Positions 27,686-37,438 of a DNA stretch of 64,000 bases are shown here, in pieces. A model generated the notes under the pieces. That model was not told where the DNA came from. It saw only the letters and a program-made list of their open reading frames with translations, and searched no databases. Source of the DNA: Candidatus Limnocylindria bacterium (GTDB lineage Bacteria > Chloroflexota > Limnocylindria > QHBO01); the NCBI GenBank assembly GCA_046262115.1, contig JBHENJ010000037.1:22993-86992 (forward strand), read 5' to 3'. Position numbers and translations under genes: made by a program. Each line of letters starts with the position of its first letter. Positions within the stretch are counted from its first letter, which is position 1.

Positions 27686-28243
27686 ATGATCATCAAGCCC
27701 GACCGCCGCGAGCAGGAGCGGAGGCGCAGCGAGGCGGCGGGGACGCCGGCCACGGAGCGCCGACAGAGCGATCGCCGCACGATGTGCTGGGAGGTCGAGC
27801 AGTGCGACCTCACCATCCGGTACCGGTGCCCGGCCTTCATCCTCCGCAGGCCGTGCTGGGAGCTGTGGGCGGTCGAGGGTGTCGGTCCGGCGCGCGCCTG
27901 TTGTTACAACGACAAGGAGTGCGAGCCCGGTCGCTGCGTCATCGCCGAGAAGCATCTCGCCGAGCGGCAGCCGTTGCCGGTCCACGTCGGGCGACGCGGC
28001 GTCCCGCTCGGCTACGGCCGGCCGCGTCGCCACCACTGCCCGCACTTCTACGTGACCGCGGGCAGCAGAGGGCCGATCCCGATCCAGGCGCCACAGCTGA
28101 TGCGGACCGTCATGAAGCAGGAGGGCACGGTGGCGCGTTGCGAGCTGCGCGGCGGCGTGCACCTCGACGGCGGGTACGTCAACGACCTGTGCCTGACGTC
28201 GCAGTTCAACCAGTGCGTCTTCTACGAGGACGAGCGGGAGTGA
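27686..28243 (+). CDS. Cys-rich protein with duplicated CWE motif (hypothetical metal/redox protein)
   Basis: 12 Cys in ~150 aa incl. MCWEVEQC, PCWELW, ACCYNDKECEPGRC, HHCPH; basic N-terminal tail; alternative start at M33 (27782). Confidence 0.5.
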   Translation: MIIKPDRREQERRRSEAAGTPATERRQSDRRTMCWEVEQCDLTIRYRCPAFILRRPCWELWAVEGVGPARACCYNDKECEPGRCVIAEKHLAERQPLPVHVGRRGVPLGYGRPRRHHCPHFYVTAGSRGPIPIQAPQLMRTVMKQEGTVARCELRGGVHLDGGYVNDLCLTSQFNQCVFYEDERE

Positions 28244-28256
28244 CGCGCCGGGCGCG

Positions 28257-29579
28257 GTGAACTACGCCGCCGCGGTCGGCGAGCTCCAGCGGCGCGGCCG
28301 GTTCCGGATCAGCCTGGGTTTGGCGCGCATCGAGCGGCTGCTCGACGAGCTGGACCACCCGGAGCGTGCGCTCCGCGGCGCGCTCGTGGCGGGGACCAAC
28401 GGCAAAGGAAGCGTCGTCGCGCTGGTGACCGCGGCGCTGCACGCCGCCGGCGTGCGGACCGGCAGCATGCCGAGCCCGCACCTGGTCACGTACCGCGAGC
28501 GCATCGCCGTGGACGGCACGCCGATATCCGAGCCGCGCTTCGCGACCGCGGTCGAGCGGGTGATGCCGGCGGTCGATGCCGTGGCCACGACGCTTGGCGA
28601 GCCGACCGAGTTCGAGCTGCTCACCGCGGCCGCGGTGGCTGAGTTCACCGCGGCCCGCGTGGACGCCGCGATCGTGGAGGTCGGGATGGGCGGCCGGCTC
28701 GACGCCACGAACGCGCTCGACCTGGGCGTGGCCGCGATCACCAACGTGCAGCACGACCACGAGCGCCACCTGGGGAGGAGCCTGCGCGCGATCGCGGTCG
28801 AGAAGGCGGCGATCGTGAAGCGTGGCGACCTTGCCGTGACCGGCGCCCGCGGATCAGGATTCACCGTGGTCAGCGAGCGTTGTGCCGCCCTTGATGTCCC
28901 GCTCCGGCGCGCCGGCGGTTCCTCGGCCGACTATCGGACGACGGTACGCCATACCGGCTGGGACGGCGTCGTGGTCGATCTCGCGCGCCCGTCCGGCGAG
29001 CTCGGAGCGCTCCGCATAGGTCTGCTCGGTAGGCACCAGGCGGACAACGCCGCGGTGGCGGTGGCGATCCTGGACGCGCTGGGCGAGCGATTCGGCGGAC
29101 GGCTACGGACGGACGAGCGCGCCGTGCGTCGTGGCTTCGCCGTCGCGCGCTGGCCGGGCCGACTGGAGGTCGTGACTCCGTCGCGCGGCGTGCGCGTCGT
29201 GCTCGATGGCGCCCACAACCCGGCCGGGTGCGCGGTCCTGCGACGCGCGCTCGAGGAGCTCGGGGTGCGGCGCCCGGCCATCGTCTTCGGCGCGATCCGC
29301 GGCAAGCGGGTGACGGCCATGCTGCGGACGCTCGCCGCGCTGGAGCCGACTCCCGTGTTCACCTCGGTCCCGGAGGCGAACGCGATCCCGACCGAACGGC
29401 TCGCCGCGACGTGGCGGCGCCTCACCGGCCGGCGCGCGCGCGTCCGCGAGGCGCCGGTCGAGGCTATGGCGCTTGCGGCGGACCTGGCGCCGGCGGACAC
29501 GCCGGTGGTCGTCTGCGGCTCGCTCTACCTGGTCGGCGCCGTGCGGCGCGCGCTGGTTGGCGACGGCGCCGCCGCATGA
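28257..29579 (+). CDS. folC: folylpolyglutamate synthase / dihydrofolate synthase
   Basis: Mur-ligase P-loop GTNGKGS, FolC family length. Confidence 0.85.
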   Translation: MNYAAAVGELQRRGRFRISLGLARIERLLDELDHPERALRGALVAGTNGKGSVVALVTAALHAAGVRTGSMPSPHLVTYRERIAVDGTPISEPRFATAVERVMPAVDAVATTLGEPTEFELLTAAAVAEFTAARVDAAIVEVGMGGRLDATNALDLGVAAITNVQHDHERHLGRSLRAIAVEKAAIVKRGDLAVTGARGSGFTVVSERCAALDVPLRRAGGSSADYRTTVRHTGWDGVVVDLARPSGELGALRIGLLGRHQADNAAVAVAILDALGERFGGRLRTDERAVRRGFAVARWPGRLEVVTPSRGVRVVLDGAHNPAGCAVLRRALEELGVRRPAIVFGAIRGKRVTAMLRTLAALEPTPVFTSVPEANAIPTERLAATWRRLTGRRARVREAPVEAMALAADLAPADTPVVVCGSLYLVGAVRRALVGDGAAA

Positions 29580-30466
29580 GCACCGCCGTGGCGGAGACGC
29601 GGGCCGGCAGCCACACCCTTCGCTGGGGTGAGCGGACCTACGTCATGGGCATCATCAACGTCACGCGAGACTCGTTCTCGGGCGACGGCCTGCTCGCGGG
29701 AGGTCGCGGCCCCGATGAAGCGGTGGCCGCGGCCGTGGATCTCGCGCGGCGCTTCGTCGACGAGGGCGCCGACATCCTGGACGTCGGGGCCGAGTCGACG
29801 CGTCCACGGGCGGTCTACGGAGAGCACCCCGAGGTCGGCGCCGCCACCGAGGCCCGCGCTGCCGTGCCGGTCGTCGCAGCGCTTGCCCGTGAGCTCGGCG
29901 AGCACGTCCCGATCAGCATCGACACGTCGAAGGGCGAGGTTGCGCGCCAGGCACTCGCCGCCGGCGCCAGCATCGTCAACGACGTGTGGGCAGCACGCCG
30001 CGACCCACGAACCGCCGAGGCCGCCGCCGAGACGGGCGCCGCGCTGGTCCTGATGCACAACAAGGAGCGCGCCGAGTACCCGGGCGGCATGATGGCCGAG
30101 ATCACCGCCTGGCTCCGCGACGCGGTCGACGGCGCGCTCGCCGCCGGCGTGCAGCGGGGGCAGCTGATCGTGGATCCGGGGATCGGCTTCGGAAAGGACT
30201 CGGCGATGAACCTCGAGCTGCTGCACCGGCTGGGCGAGCTGCGGGCCCTGGGGCTGCCGATCCTGGTGGGGCCCAGCCGCAAGCGCTTCATCGGGGAGCT
30301 GCTCGATGACGCTCCTCCGGGCGATCGTCTCGAAGGGACCGCCGCGGCCGTATCGCTGGCGATCTCCGCGGGGGCGGACATGGTCCGCGTCCACGATGTC
30401 CGCAAGATGGCCCGGGTCGTCCGTGTCGCCGACGCGATCACGCGGCTGACGCCGAGCTTTGGATAG
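29576..30466 (+). CDS. folP: dihydropteroate synthase
   Basis: ATGA overlap with folC; pterin-binding motifs (MGIINVTRDSFSGDG, DVGAESTRP). Confidence 0.9.
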   Translation: MSTAVAETRAGSHTLRWGERTYVMGIINVTRDSFSGDGLLAGGRGPDEAVAAAVDLARRFVDEGADILDVGAESTRPRAVYGEHPEVGAATEARAAVPVVAALARELGEHVPISIDTSKGEVARQALAAGASIVNDVWAARRDPRTAEAAAETGAALVLMHNKERAEYPGGMMAEITAWLRDAVDGALAAGVQRGQLIVDPGIGFGKDSAMNLELLHRLGELRALGLPILVGPSRKRFIGELLDDAPPGDRLEGTAAAVSLAISAGADMVRVHDVRKMARVVRVADAITRLTPSFG

Positions 30467-30842
30467 CGGCGTGCCACAGGCCGATCGTCTGACCCTGACC
30501 GGCATGGTCTTCCGAGCGCGCCATGGCGTGCTGCCAGAGGAACACGTCGAGCCCCAGCGCTTCGTGGTCGACGTGGAGCTGTCGGTTGACGCGGCCGCCG
30601 TCGCGGCGCGCGACGAGGTCAGCGCCGCGGTCGACTACCGCGAGGTGTTCGAGGCCGTGCGTGGCCTCGTGGAGGATGCCAGCCATCGGCTGATCGAGAC
30701 GCTCGCAGAGTCGATCGCCGGCGAACTGCTCCGCCGCTTTCCCGTCGAAGAGGTCGAGGTCCGGGTGCGCAAGCCCGACGCTCCGCTACCGGGCCCCTTC
30801 GATCACGTCGAGATCGCGATCCGCCGTCCCGTCAGCCGCTGA
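30459..30842 (+). CDS. folB: dihydroneopterin aldolase
   Basis: FolB motif LTGMVFRARHGVLPEE...VDVEL; alternative GTG start at 30471. Confidence 0.8.
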   Translation: MDSGVPQADRLTLTGMVFRARHGVLPEEHVEPQRFVVDVELSVDAAAVAARDEVSAAVDYREVFEAVRGLVEDASHRLIETLAESIAGELLRRFPVEEVEVRVRKPDAPLPGPFDHVEIAIRRPVSR

Positions 30843-32138
30843 TCACGGCTGATCCGGCATCGTGCCGAGCGTCACACGCATGTTCCGCTCCGTGTCGCCA
30901 CGCAGCACGCGCAGCGTGACGACGTCGCCCGGCTGGTAGCCGAGCACCAGCGCCGAGAGCTCATGCTGCGTGTCGATCTGGACTCCGTCGATGGACACGA
31001 TCACGTCGCCCTCGCGGAGGCCTGCTTCCTCGGCCGGACTGCCCGGGATGATCGCCGGGCTGTCGGTGCTCGTCGGCGCGCTGAGCAGGACGCCGTTCGA
31101 GACAGGAAGGTCGCGCTCCGCGCGCAGCTGCTCGGTGACCGGCACGTAGTAGATCCCGATCCACGGGCGCCGGATCTCCTGCCCGTTGCGCGCCTGCTCC
31201 ATCACGGGCTTGGCGATGTCGATGGGGATAGCGAAGCTGATGCCCTGCGCCGTGGCCGCCACGGCGGTGTTGATTCCGATGACCTGCCCGCCGCTGTTGA
31301 TCAGCGGCCCGCCCGAGTTGCCACGGTTGATCGCGGCATCGGTCTGGATCAGGTTGTTCAGCTGCTCGGAGGTGGTGCCCGTCACGTCTCCGGCCTGGAT
31401 CTGGCGGCCAAGGCCGCTCACCACGCCGGTCGTCACCGAGTTCGGGTAGTTGCCCAGCGGGCTGCCGATGGCGATCGTCAACTGCCCGACCTGGAGGTCC
31501 TGGCTGCTGCCGATCGGCGCCGGCGGCAGGTCGTTCCCCTCGATCTTGACGATGGCGAGGTCGGTGAGGGTGTCCACGCCGATGACGCGACCCTCGAACT
31601 GGCGCGTGTCCTGGAGGACGACGGTCAGTGCCTCGGCGCCCTCGACGACGTGCCGGTTGGTTACGATCCAGCCGTCGGAGTCGTAGATGAAGCCGGATCC
31701 GACTCCCTCGGCGCCGAACAGGTCGCCGCTCTGCGTTCTGATCCGGACGACGGCCGGACCGACCTTCTCGGTGGCGCTGATGACCGCCGAGGACTCGTCG
31801 ATGCGCAGGCTCTGATGCGCCGGCTCGGCGTTCGGTGTCGCGGCCGCCCCCGGCGCGCCGCCACTCGGCCGCACGACGTTGGTGACCGCGAGAGCGCTCA
31901 GCGCACCGGAGATGATGCTGGCCAGGAGCGCGACGAGGAGCACCGGTCCGAGCCCCAGCCGGACACCGCGGTCGCGACGCTCCGCCTCCACGGCGCGCTG
32001 CTGCGGCCACGCTGGGGCGGCCTGCCACGTTGCGGGTCGCTGCGCCTCTACCGGGGGTGGCCCGTAATGCTGGTACTCGATCAGTTCGGTCGGTTCCTGG
32101 CCGCTGCGCGGCTTGTCGGGTTGGTCGGGGAAGCTCAT
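30843..32138 (-). CDS. HtrA/DegP-family serine protease with TM anchor and PDZ domain (PepD-like)
   Basis: Trypsin-like catalytic triad region incl. GNSGGPL; C-terminal PDZ; Pro-rich cytoplasmic N-term. Confidence 0.85.
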   Translation of the reverse strand: MSFPDQPDKPRSGQEPTELIEYQHYGPPPVEAQRPATWQAAPAWPQQRAVEAERRDRGVRLGLGPVLLVALLASIISGALSALAVTNVVRPSGGAPGAAATPNAEPAHQSLRIDESSAVISATEKVGPAVVRIRTQSGDLFGAEGVGSGFIYDSDGWIVTNRHVVEGAEALTVVLQDTRQFEGRVIGVDTLTDLAIVKIEGNDLPPAPIGSSQDLQVGQLTIAIGSPLGNYPNSVTTGVVSGLGRQIQAGDVTGTTSEQLNNLIQTDAAINRGNSGGPLINSGGQVIGINTAVAATAQGISFAIPIDIAKPVMEQARNGQEIRRPWIGIYYVPVTEQLRAERDLPVSNGVLLSAPTSTDSPAIIPGSPAEEAGLREGDVIVSIDGVQIDTQHELSALVLGYQPGDVVTLRVLRGDTERNMRVTLGTMPDQP

Positions 32139-32238
32139 CTCGTGTCTCGTGCGGTGCGGGATAGATGAAGGCGGGACTTGCCGTTTGACTCAGCGTAGGC
32201 GGCGCCGATTGCGCGTGATGCGTTTGGTCCATGAAGTT

Positions 32239-33726
32239 TCATTGATCTTGCTCCGCCGGAAGGTGGACGCGGAAGGTGGTGCCGGCGCCAACCCGGCTCT
32301 CGACCTCGATCGTGCCGCCGTGCATCTCGACGATCGACCTGGCGATGGCGAGCCCGAGACCGCTCCCCGCGCCACGCGCCTCACCGATGTTCGTGCCCCG
32401 GTAGAACCGCTCGAAGATGCGCGGTAGCTCCTCGGCCGGGATGCCAGGTCCCGTGTCGCGCACCTCGAGGATGGCGCCCTCGGGACGTTCCATGAGGCGC
32501 ACGTCGACCACGCCGCCGGGTGGCGTGAACTTCAGCGCGTTTCCGATCAGGTTCGTGAGCAGCTGCACGATGCGCTGACGGTCGAATGGCAGCTGCACCG
32601 GCGCCCCGGGGACCTCGGCGCTGAGCGAGATGTGCCGTTCCTCGGCGATGGCGGCATGCGCCTCGACCGCGGCCCGGATCGGGTCGCGCAGGTCGCCGGG
32701 ACGGACGTCGAGCGGGAAGATGCCCGCCTCGATGCGCGACAGGTCGAGCAGGTTGGAGCTCAGCCACTCGAGGCGGCTGATCTGCTCCGCGGAGCGGTCG
32801 AGAAACTCGCGGCGCGTGCCTTCGTCCACCTCGCCGTCGCGCTGAAGCTCGGTGAAGGTTCGGAGCGCGGCGATGGGCGTCCGCAGCTCGTGGCTCACGT
32901 CGGCGACGAATTCACGGAGCCGATCTCGATCGGCGCTGGTGTCGGTCAATGAGTCGCGTAGGCGGTCGGCCATCACGTTGAAGCGCTCGGCGAGCTGGTC
33001 GAACTCGGCGATCCCGGAGGGCCGGACACGCTCGTTGAGGTCTCCCTGCGCCAGCCGCGTCGACGCCCTCTGCACGCGCTCGAGCGGGGTGGTGACGCGG
33101 CGCGCGGCGATCACGCCCACGATGAACGAGACCGCCAGCGCCAGGACGCTCGCCGCGAGGAGCGCGCTACGCACACCGTTCAGTGTCTCCATCCGCGACG
33201 TGAACGGCTCACTCAGCTCGACGGTGAGTCGGAGCACCGCATCGGGCCCCGTCAGCGCCGGCTCCGGCGCGGGGAGCTGCACGTCGAACGGGCGCGCCTG
33301 CGCCGGCACGAGTGGGTCGCCGGCCAGCCCCTGGTCGCGGAGCGCCGCGACGTTTCTCGGCTCGGCGTGCGCGAAGACCGATCCATCCGGGTTGCTGACC
33401 TCCACCGTCGCCGGCGTCTGGTCCGCCACGAGCTGCGTCAGCCGCGGGATCAGGCTGCCCTCACGCAGCTCCCGCGTGCCCAGCATCTCGGGACGGGCCA
33501 CGCCCAGAATCTGTGTGAGGAAGGCCGCGGAGCTGTCCGCGGCCTGCGCGAGCCGCCGGCCCTCCTGCTCTTCGAAGTACGAGTTGAGGATCTGGTTCAG
33601 CGCGACGCCGAGCACGAGCAGCGCGATGAGCGAGACGACACTCAGGAGCAGGATGAGCCGAAATCGCAGTCCGGCGAGGGCGCGAAGCAGCCGGCGTCGC
33701 GCGGCGTCAGTCCTCGGCGAAGGCAT
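32239..33726 (-). CDS. sensor histidine kinase (HAMP-HisKA-HATPase; MprB-like)
   Basis: H-box HELRTPIAAL, N/G1/G2 boxes; 2 TM; start at MPSPRT inferred. Confidence 0.85.
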   Translation of the reverse strand: MPSPRTDAARRRLLRALAGLRFRLILLLSVVSLIALLVLGVALNQILNSYFEEQEGRRLAQAADSSAAFLTQILGVARPEMLGTRELREGSLIPRLTQLVADQTPATVEVSNPDGSVFAHAEPRNVAALRDQGLAGDPLVPAQARPFDVQLPAPEPALTGPDAVLRLTVELSEPFTSRMETLNGVRSALLAASVLALAVSFIVGVIAARRVTTPLERVQRASTRLAQGDLNERVRPSGIAEFDQLAERFNVMADRLRDSLTDTSADRDRLREFVADVSHELRTPIAALRTFTELQRDGEVDEGTRREFLDRSAEQISRLEWLSSNLLDLSRIEAGIFPLDVRPGDLRDPIRAAVEAHAAIAEERHISLSAEVPGAPVQLPFDRQRIVQLLTNLIGNALKFTPPGGVVDVRLMERPEGAILEVRDTGPGIPAEELPRIFERFYRGTNIGEARGAGSGLGLAIARSIVEMHGGTIEVESRVGAGTTFRVHLPAEQDQ

Positions 33727-34411
33727 ACCCCGCCCCGCGCAGCGTCTTGATGTAGCGCGGCTGGGACGGGTCCGGCTCGATCTTGTCGCGGATGTGGCTG
33801 ATGTGGACGTTGATGGTGCGCTCATCCTGGTCGAGGGAGTCGTAGTCGCGCACAAGCTCGAGCAGCTCACGGCGGGTATAGACGCGGCCCGGTCGCGCGG
33901 CGAGATAGCGGAGCAGCTCGAACTCGGTCGTGGTGAGGCTGATCCGATCGCCGTTCCGGCTGACCCGCCGACGCTCGAGGTCTATCAGCAGGTCGCCGCG
34001 GCGGATGAGGCGGCCGCTCTGCGTATCGGCCAGCTCGCCATACGCCCTGCGCAGTTGCGCCTTGACGCGTGATACGAGCTCACGCACGGAGAAGGGCTTG
34101 ACGAGGTAATCGTCGGCACCGATCTCGAGGCCGACGACCTTGTCGACCTCGTCCGCCCTCGCGGTCAGGAAGATCACGGGCGCGCGCGTGCGCGACCGGA
34201 GGCGGCGGCAGACCTCGAAGCCGTCAATCCCCGGCAGCCGCACGTCGAGCAGGACGAGGTCCGGCGCGACGTCCTCGAACGACTCGAGCGCCTGCTCCCC
34301 GTTAGGCACGACCGTGACCGAGTGGCCCTCGCGCTCGAGCGCGAACTGCACGCCGCGCGCGACTGCGGCCTCGTCCTCGACGACCATCACGGTTCCCGCC
34401 ATGCCGGCCAT
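33707..34411 (-). CDS. OmpR-family response regulator (MprA-like)
   Basis: Receiver (MVVEDE..., LLDVRLPGIDGF) plus winged-helix output; start among three clustered ATGs (34387-34411). Confidence 0.85.
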   Translation of the reverse strand: MAGMAGTVMVVEDEAAVARGVQFALEREGHSVTVVPNGEQALESFEDVAPDLVLLDVRLPGIDGFEVCRRLRSRTRAPVIFLTARADEVDKVVGLEIGADDYLVKPFSVRELVSRVKAQLRRAYGELADTQSGRLIRRGDLLIDLERRRVSRNGDRISLTTTEFELLRYLAARPGRVYTRRELLELVRDYDSLDQDERTINVHISHIRDKIEPDPSQPRYIKTLRGAGYAFAED

Positions 34412-34460
34412 TATCGGCGCCTTGCCGCTGCACGGCACCGCTGCTACCCTTCGCGGGCCC

Positions 34461-35144
34461 ATGGAACTCGAGCTCTCCGTCGACGCGCGCACGATCTCCG
34501 GCAAAGCCAACAAGCGCCTCCGACGGGAGGGCATCGTGCCGGGCGTCGTGTTCGGCAAGGGCAGCGACTCGCAGCTGGTGCAGCTGGACGCCAAGGAGCT
34601 CGACGCGCTGTATCGGGCCGCCGGGAAGACGTCCATCGTGCGCCTCCGCATGCCCGATGGCGGCCGCCCCAAGAGCGTGCTCATCAAGGACCTCCAGCGC
34701 CACCCGCTCACCGGCCGGCCGCTGCACGTCGACCTGTTCCTGGTCGACCTGACCCAAGAGATGCAGGCGGACATCCCGCTCGTGTTCACCGGTGAGGCGC
34801 CTGTCGTCACGCTGGGCGAGGGCACGCTGCTCACCAACCTCGACCACCTCAAGGTACGCGCACTCCCCGTCGACCTGCCTCACCAGCTCGACGTCGACAT
34901 CGCCTCCCTGGTCGATCTCGATGCCACGATCCACGTCCGCGACATCCCCGTGCCGGGCGAGGGGAAGGTGACCGTCCTCAACGACCCGGACGAGCTCGTG
35001 GCGAAGGCGACGCCGCTGCGCGCGAAGGAGGTCGTCGAGGTGCCCGAGGCCGAGGCTGCCGAGGCAGTGGAAGGCGAGGAGCCGGCAGAGGGCGGCGTCG
35101 GCGAAGAGGGTGGCCGCCAGGCGGCCGCGGAACCGGAGAGCTAG
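34461..35144 (+). CDS. rplY: 50S ribosomal protein bL25 / general stress protein Ctc
   Basis: ATG at 34461; L25 N-terminal and Ctc C-terminal domain with acidic tail. Confidence 0.85.
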   Translation: MELELSVDARTISGKANKRLRREGIVPGVVFGKGSDSQLVQLDAKELDALYRAAGKTSIVRLRMPDGGRPKSVLIKDLQRHPLTGRPLHVDLFLVDLTQEMQADIPLVFTGEAPVVTLGEGTLLTNLDHLKVRALPVDLPHQLDVDIASLVDLDATIHVRDIPVPGEGKVTVLNDPDELVAKATPLRAKEVVEVPEAEAAEAVEGEEPAEGGVGEEGGRQAAAEPES

Positions 35145-35199
35145 CCGGCCCTCGTAGGTCGCCTACTGCACCTCGTACAGGTAGCCGCGGGGTCGCGCC

Positions 35200-35349
35200 G
35201 CTACCGACGATCGCGGCCGCCACGTCGCGTCCGACGTACCGGTAGTGCCACGGCTCGTAGTCGTATCCGTCATGACTCGCTGCATGCACCCACGATCGAT
35301 CGCGGCGGCGGCCGCTCGACACGTCCGGACGACCCGATTTGAAGCTCAA
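35200..35349 (-). pseudogene. remnant of M15-family D-Ala-D-Ala carboxypeptidase (VanY-like) C-terminus
   Basis: Short reading frame ...SWVHAASHDGYDYEPWHYRYVG... matches conserved C-terminal YEPWHYRYVG motif of peptidase M15B; no upstream catalytic domain. Confidence 0.3.
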
Positions 35350-35516
35350 CGTTTGCGCGAGGCGGTGCGCGATCGGCGTACGTCCAATGCCCGCTCCGGC
35401 GCTCGACCGATACGTCGAACGTCACATCCTCGGTCGCGTCAGATCGCCCGCATCCGGTTGTTGCGCGGGTTGTGCTCGACGTCCGCGAGACCCAGCGCCT
35501 CGAGAAGCGGCGGCAT

Positions 35517-35591
35517 TGGAGCCGAAGGTGGGATTCGAACCCACGACCGACGGTTTACGAAACCGTTGCTCTACCCCTGAGCTACTTCGGC
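35517..35591 (-). tRNA. tRNA-Thr (anticodon CGU)
   Basis: Minus-strand cloverleaf GCCGAAG...TTCGTAA loop...GTGGGTTCGAATCCCAC...CTTCGGC-T-CCA. Confidence 0.85.
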
Positions 35592-35661
35592 CTCGGCGCG
35601 AGGCCGGATTCTAGCAGGGGCCGCCGTCCCGGCAGCTGGTCGAGCGAGGACTGAGTCGCGG

Positions 35662-36810
35662 TCAGCGCGACGCGAGCGCTGCGCCGAGCGAGATGGTGCG
35701 CGCAAGGCGGGCCGCGGCCGCCCCGAGCAGCGCCTGAGTCGACCTCATTGCGTCATCGAGCGACATCGGCCGGTCCGCGATCGGTTGGACGAGCGCGAAC
35801 CCGGCGTCGTCGAGCGCCGCGGCGCCCTCACCGAGCGCGCCGCACAACAGGACCACCGGCGTGCCGCCCACGAGCGCCAGGACCCCGGCCGCGGTCTTGC
35901 CGCTCAGCGTGGATGCGTCAGCGCGGCCCTCGCCGGTGATGACCAGGTCGCTGGTCGCCAGCGCCTCACCGAGACCGATGACCTCCGCCACGACCTCGAA
36001 CCCCGGCCGGAGCACTCCGTGCGTGAAGGCGAGCAGGCCGAACACCGTCCCTCCCGCGGCGCCCGAGCCGGGCACGTCCGCGACGCGGCGCCCGTTCATG
36101 GCCGCCACGACGGCAGCGAGCCGGCCGAGACTTGCATCGAGCTCGGCCACGGCCGCGGGATCGGCGCCCTTCTGCGGACCGTACACGGCCGATGCGCCGT
36201 GCGGGCCGCACAGCGGGTTGGTGACATCGGTCGCGATCACGAGCTCGACCGATGCCAGTCGCGGGTCGAGCCCGGAAGCGTCGACGCGCTCCAGACCAGC
36301 GAGCGCGGCGCCGCCCTCCGGCAGCTCGTGACCTTCGGCGTCGAGAAAGCGCATGCCCAGAGCCGCGAGCAGCCCGGTGCCGCCGTCGTTCGTCGCGGAG
36401 CCTCCGACACCGATCGTGATCCGGTCGACGCCGGCATCGAGCGCCGCGCGGACCAGCATGCCGGTCCCGCGGGTCGTCGTGCGCCGCGGATCCCGCTCTT
36501 CGGGCCGCAGCATCGCCAGGCCGCTGGCCGCGGCGAGCTCCACGAACGCGGCTCGCCCGCCCTCGAGCACGAGCCACTCCGCGGAGAGCGGCCGGCCCAG
36601 TGGGTCGAGCGCGGCGGCCGTTCGGAGCTCGGCGTCGTCGAGGAGCGCGGCCCGGATCGCGCGGAGCGTGCCCTCGCCGCCATCGGCCATCGGGCGGCGG
36701 ATCAGCTCGTCGTCGCCGCGAACGCCGCTCCAGCCATCCGCGATCGCGTCCGCGGCGTGCACCGAGTCGAGCGCACCGCCGAACGAATCGGGCGCGACGA
36801 CGACCCTCAT
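35662..36810 (-). CDS. glxK: glycerate kinase
   Basis: Glycerate kinase family motifs (MRVVVAPDSFGG, GGSATNDGGTGLLAALG); start at MRVVVAP. Confidence 0.85.
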   Translation of the reverse strand: MRVVVAPDSFGGALDSVHAADAIADGWSGVRGDDELIRRPMADGGEGTLRAIRAALLDDAELRTAAALDPLGRPLSAEWLVLEGGRAAFVELAAASGLAMLRPEERDPRRTTTRGTGMLVRAALDAGVDRITIGVGGSATNDGGTGLLAALGMRFLDAEGHELPEGGAALAGLERVDASGLDPRLASVELVIATDVTNPLCGPHGASAVYGPQKGADPAAVAELDASLGRLAAVVAAMNGRRVADVPGSGAAGGTVFGLLAFTHGVLRPGFEVVAEVIGLGEALATSDLVITGEGRADASTLSGKTAAGVLALVGGTPVVLLCGALGEGAAALDDAGFALVQPIADRPMSLDDAMRSTQALLGAAAARLARTISLGAALASR

Positions 36811-36820
36811 GCCGCCGCCG

Positions 36821-37438
36821 TCAGCCTTCGGGCATCGAGTCGCGATCGCGGCGGCCGAACATGACGTCCAGCATCCCGGGCTGGCGCACGCGGTCGATGG
36901 CGATGCGCACCCACTCCTCATTGCGCTCGCCCGCGAGATAGCGCGAGTTGGCGTGCTTGGCGAGGCTGGCGCGGAATCCCTGTGCGCGCCAGATCGCGAA
37001 CTGCGGACCGAGCGGGGCGCGGACCGCGGGTGTCACCCGCAGCACGTCGCTCTCCGCGACGATCGCCTCGAGCAGCCGCCGGCGCTCGAGGAGCGGGATG
37101 TCCAGCAGCTCCTGGCCGTCGACGACGAGCAGGTCGAGCGCGATGAGCAACGGACGCCCATCCGTGGCGCCCTCCGCGGGAATCCAGCTCTGCGCCCACA
37201 CCGCGTCGATCACGGCGTCATCGGCCTGCACGCCTGCACGCAGTGCGGCGATCGCATCCGGGAAGGAGCGGTCGACGCGCGCGCCGCCCGGATCGGTCAG
37301 ATGAACGGCACCGCCGCGGACGAAGCCGAGCAGCCGCTCACCGTTCCAGTACGGCTCGAAGAGCCACTCGGCACCGGTGCGGACGGATTTGGCCCTGCCC
37401 GCGTACTGCGGAAGGAGCACCCGCCCGGCCACGGTCAT
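36821..37438 (-). CDS. ATP-dependent DNA ligase-fold protein lacking catalytic lysine (paralog of 18558..19244)
   Basis: Motif I reads EPYWNGERLL (K->Y, D->N); motifs III (LDLLVVDG), V (LAKHANSRYLAG) recognisable; no OB domain; ATGA-coupled to DEAD-box helicase gene. Confidence 0.6.
   Translation of the reverse strand: MTVAGRVLLPQYAGRAKSVRTGAEWLFEPYWNGERLLGFVRGGAVHLTDPGGARVDRSFPDAIAALRAGVQADDAVIDAVWAQSWIPAEGATDGRPLLIALDLLVVDGQELLDIPLLERRRLLEAIVAESDVLRVTPAVRAPLGPQFAIWRAQGFRASLAKHANSRYLAGERNEEWVRIAIDRVRQPGMLDVMFGRRDRDSMPEG

Noticed and set aside
35472-35654. 60-aa ORF overlapping tRNA-Thr
   Set aside because: Embedded in tRNA sequence on the opposite strand
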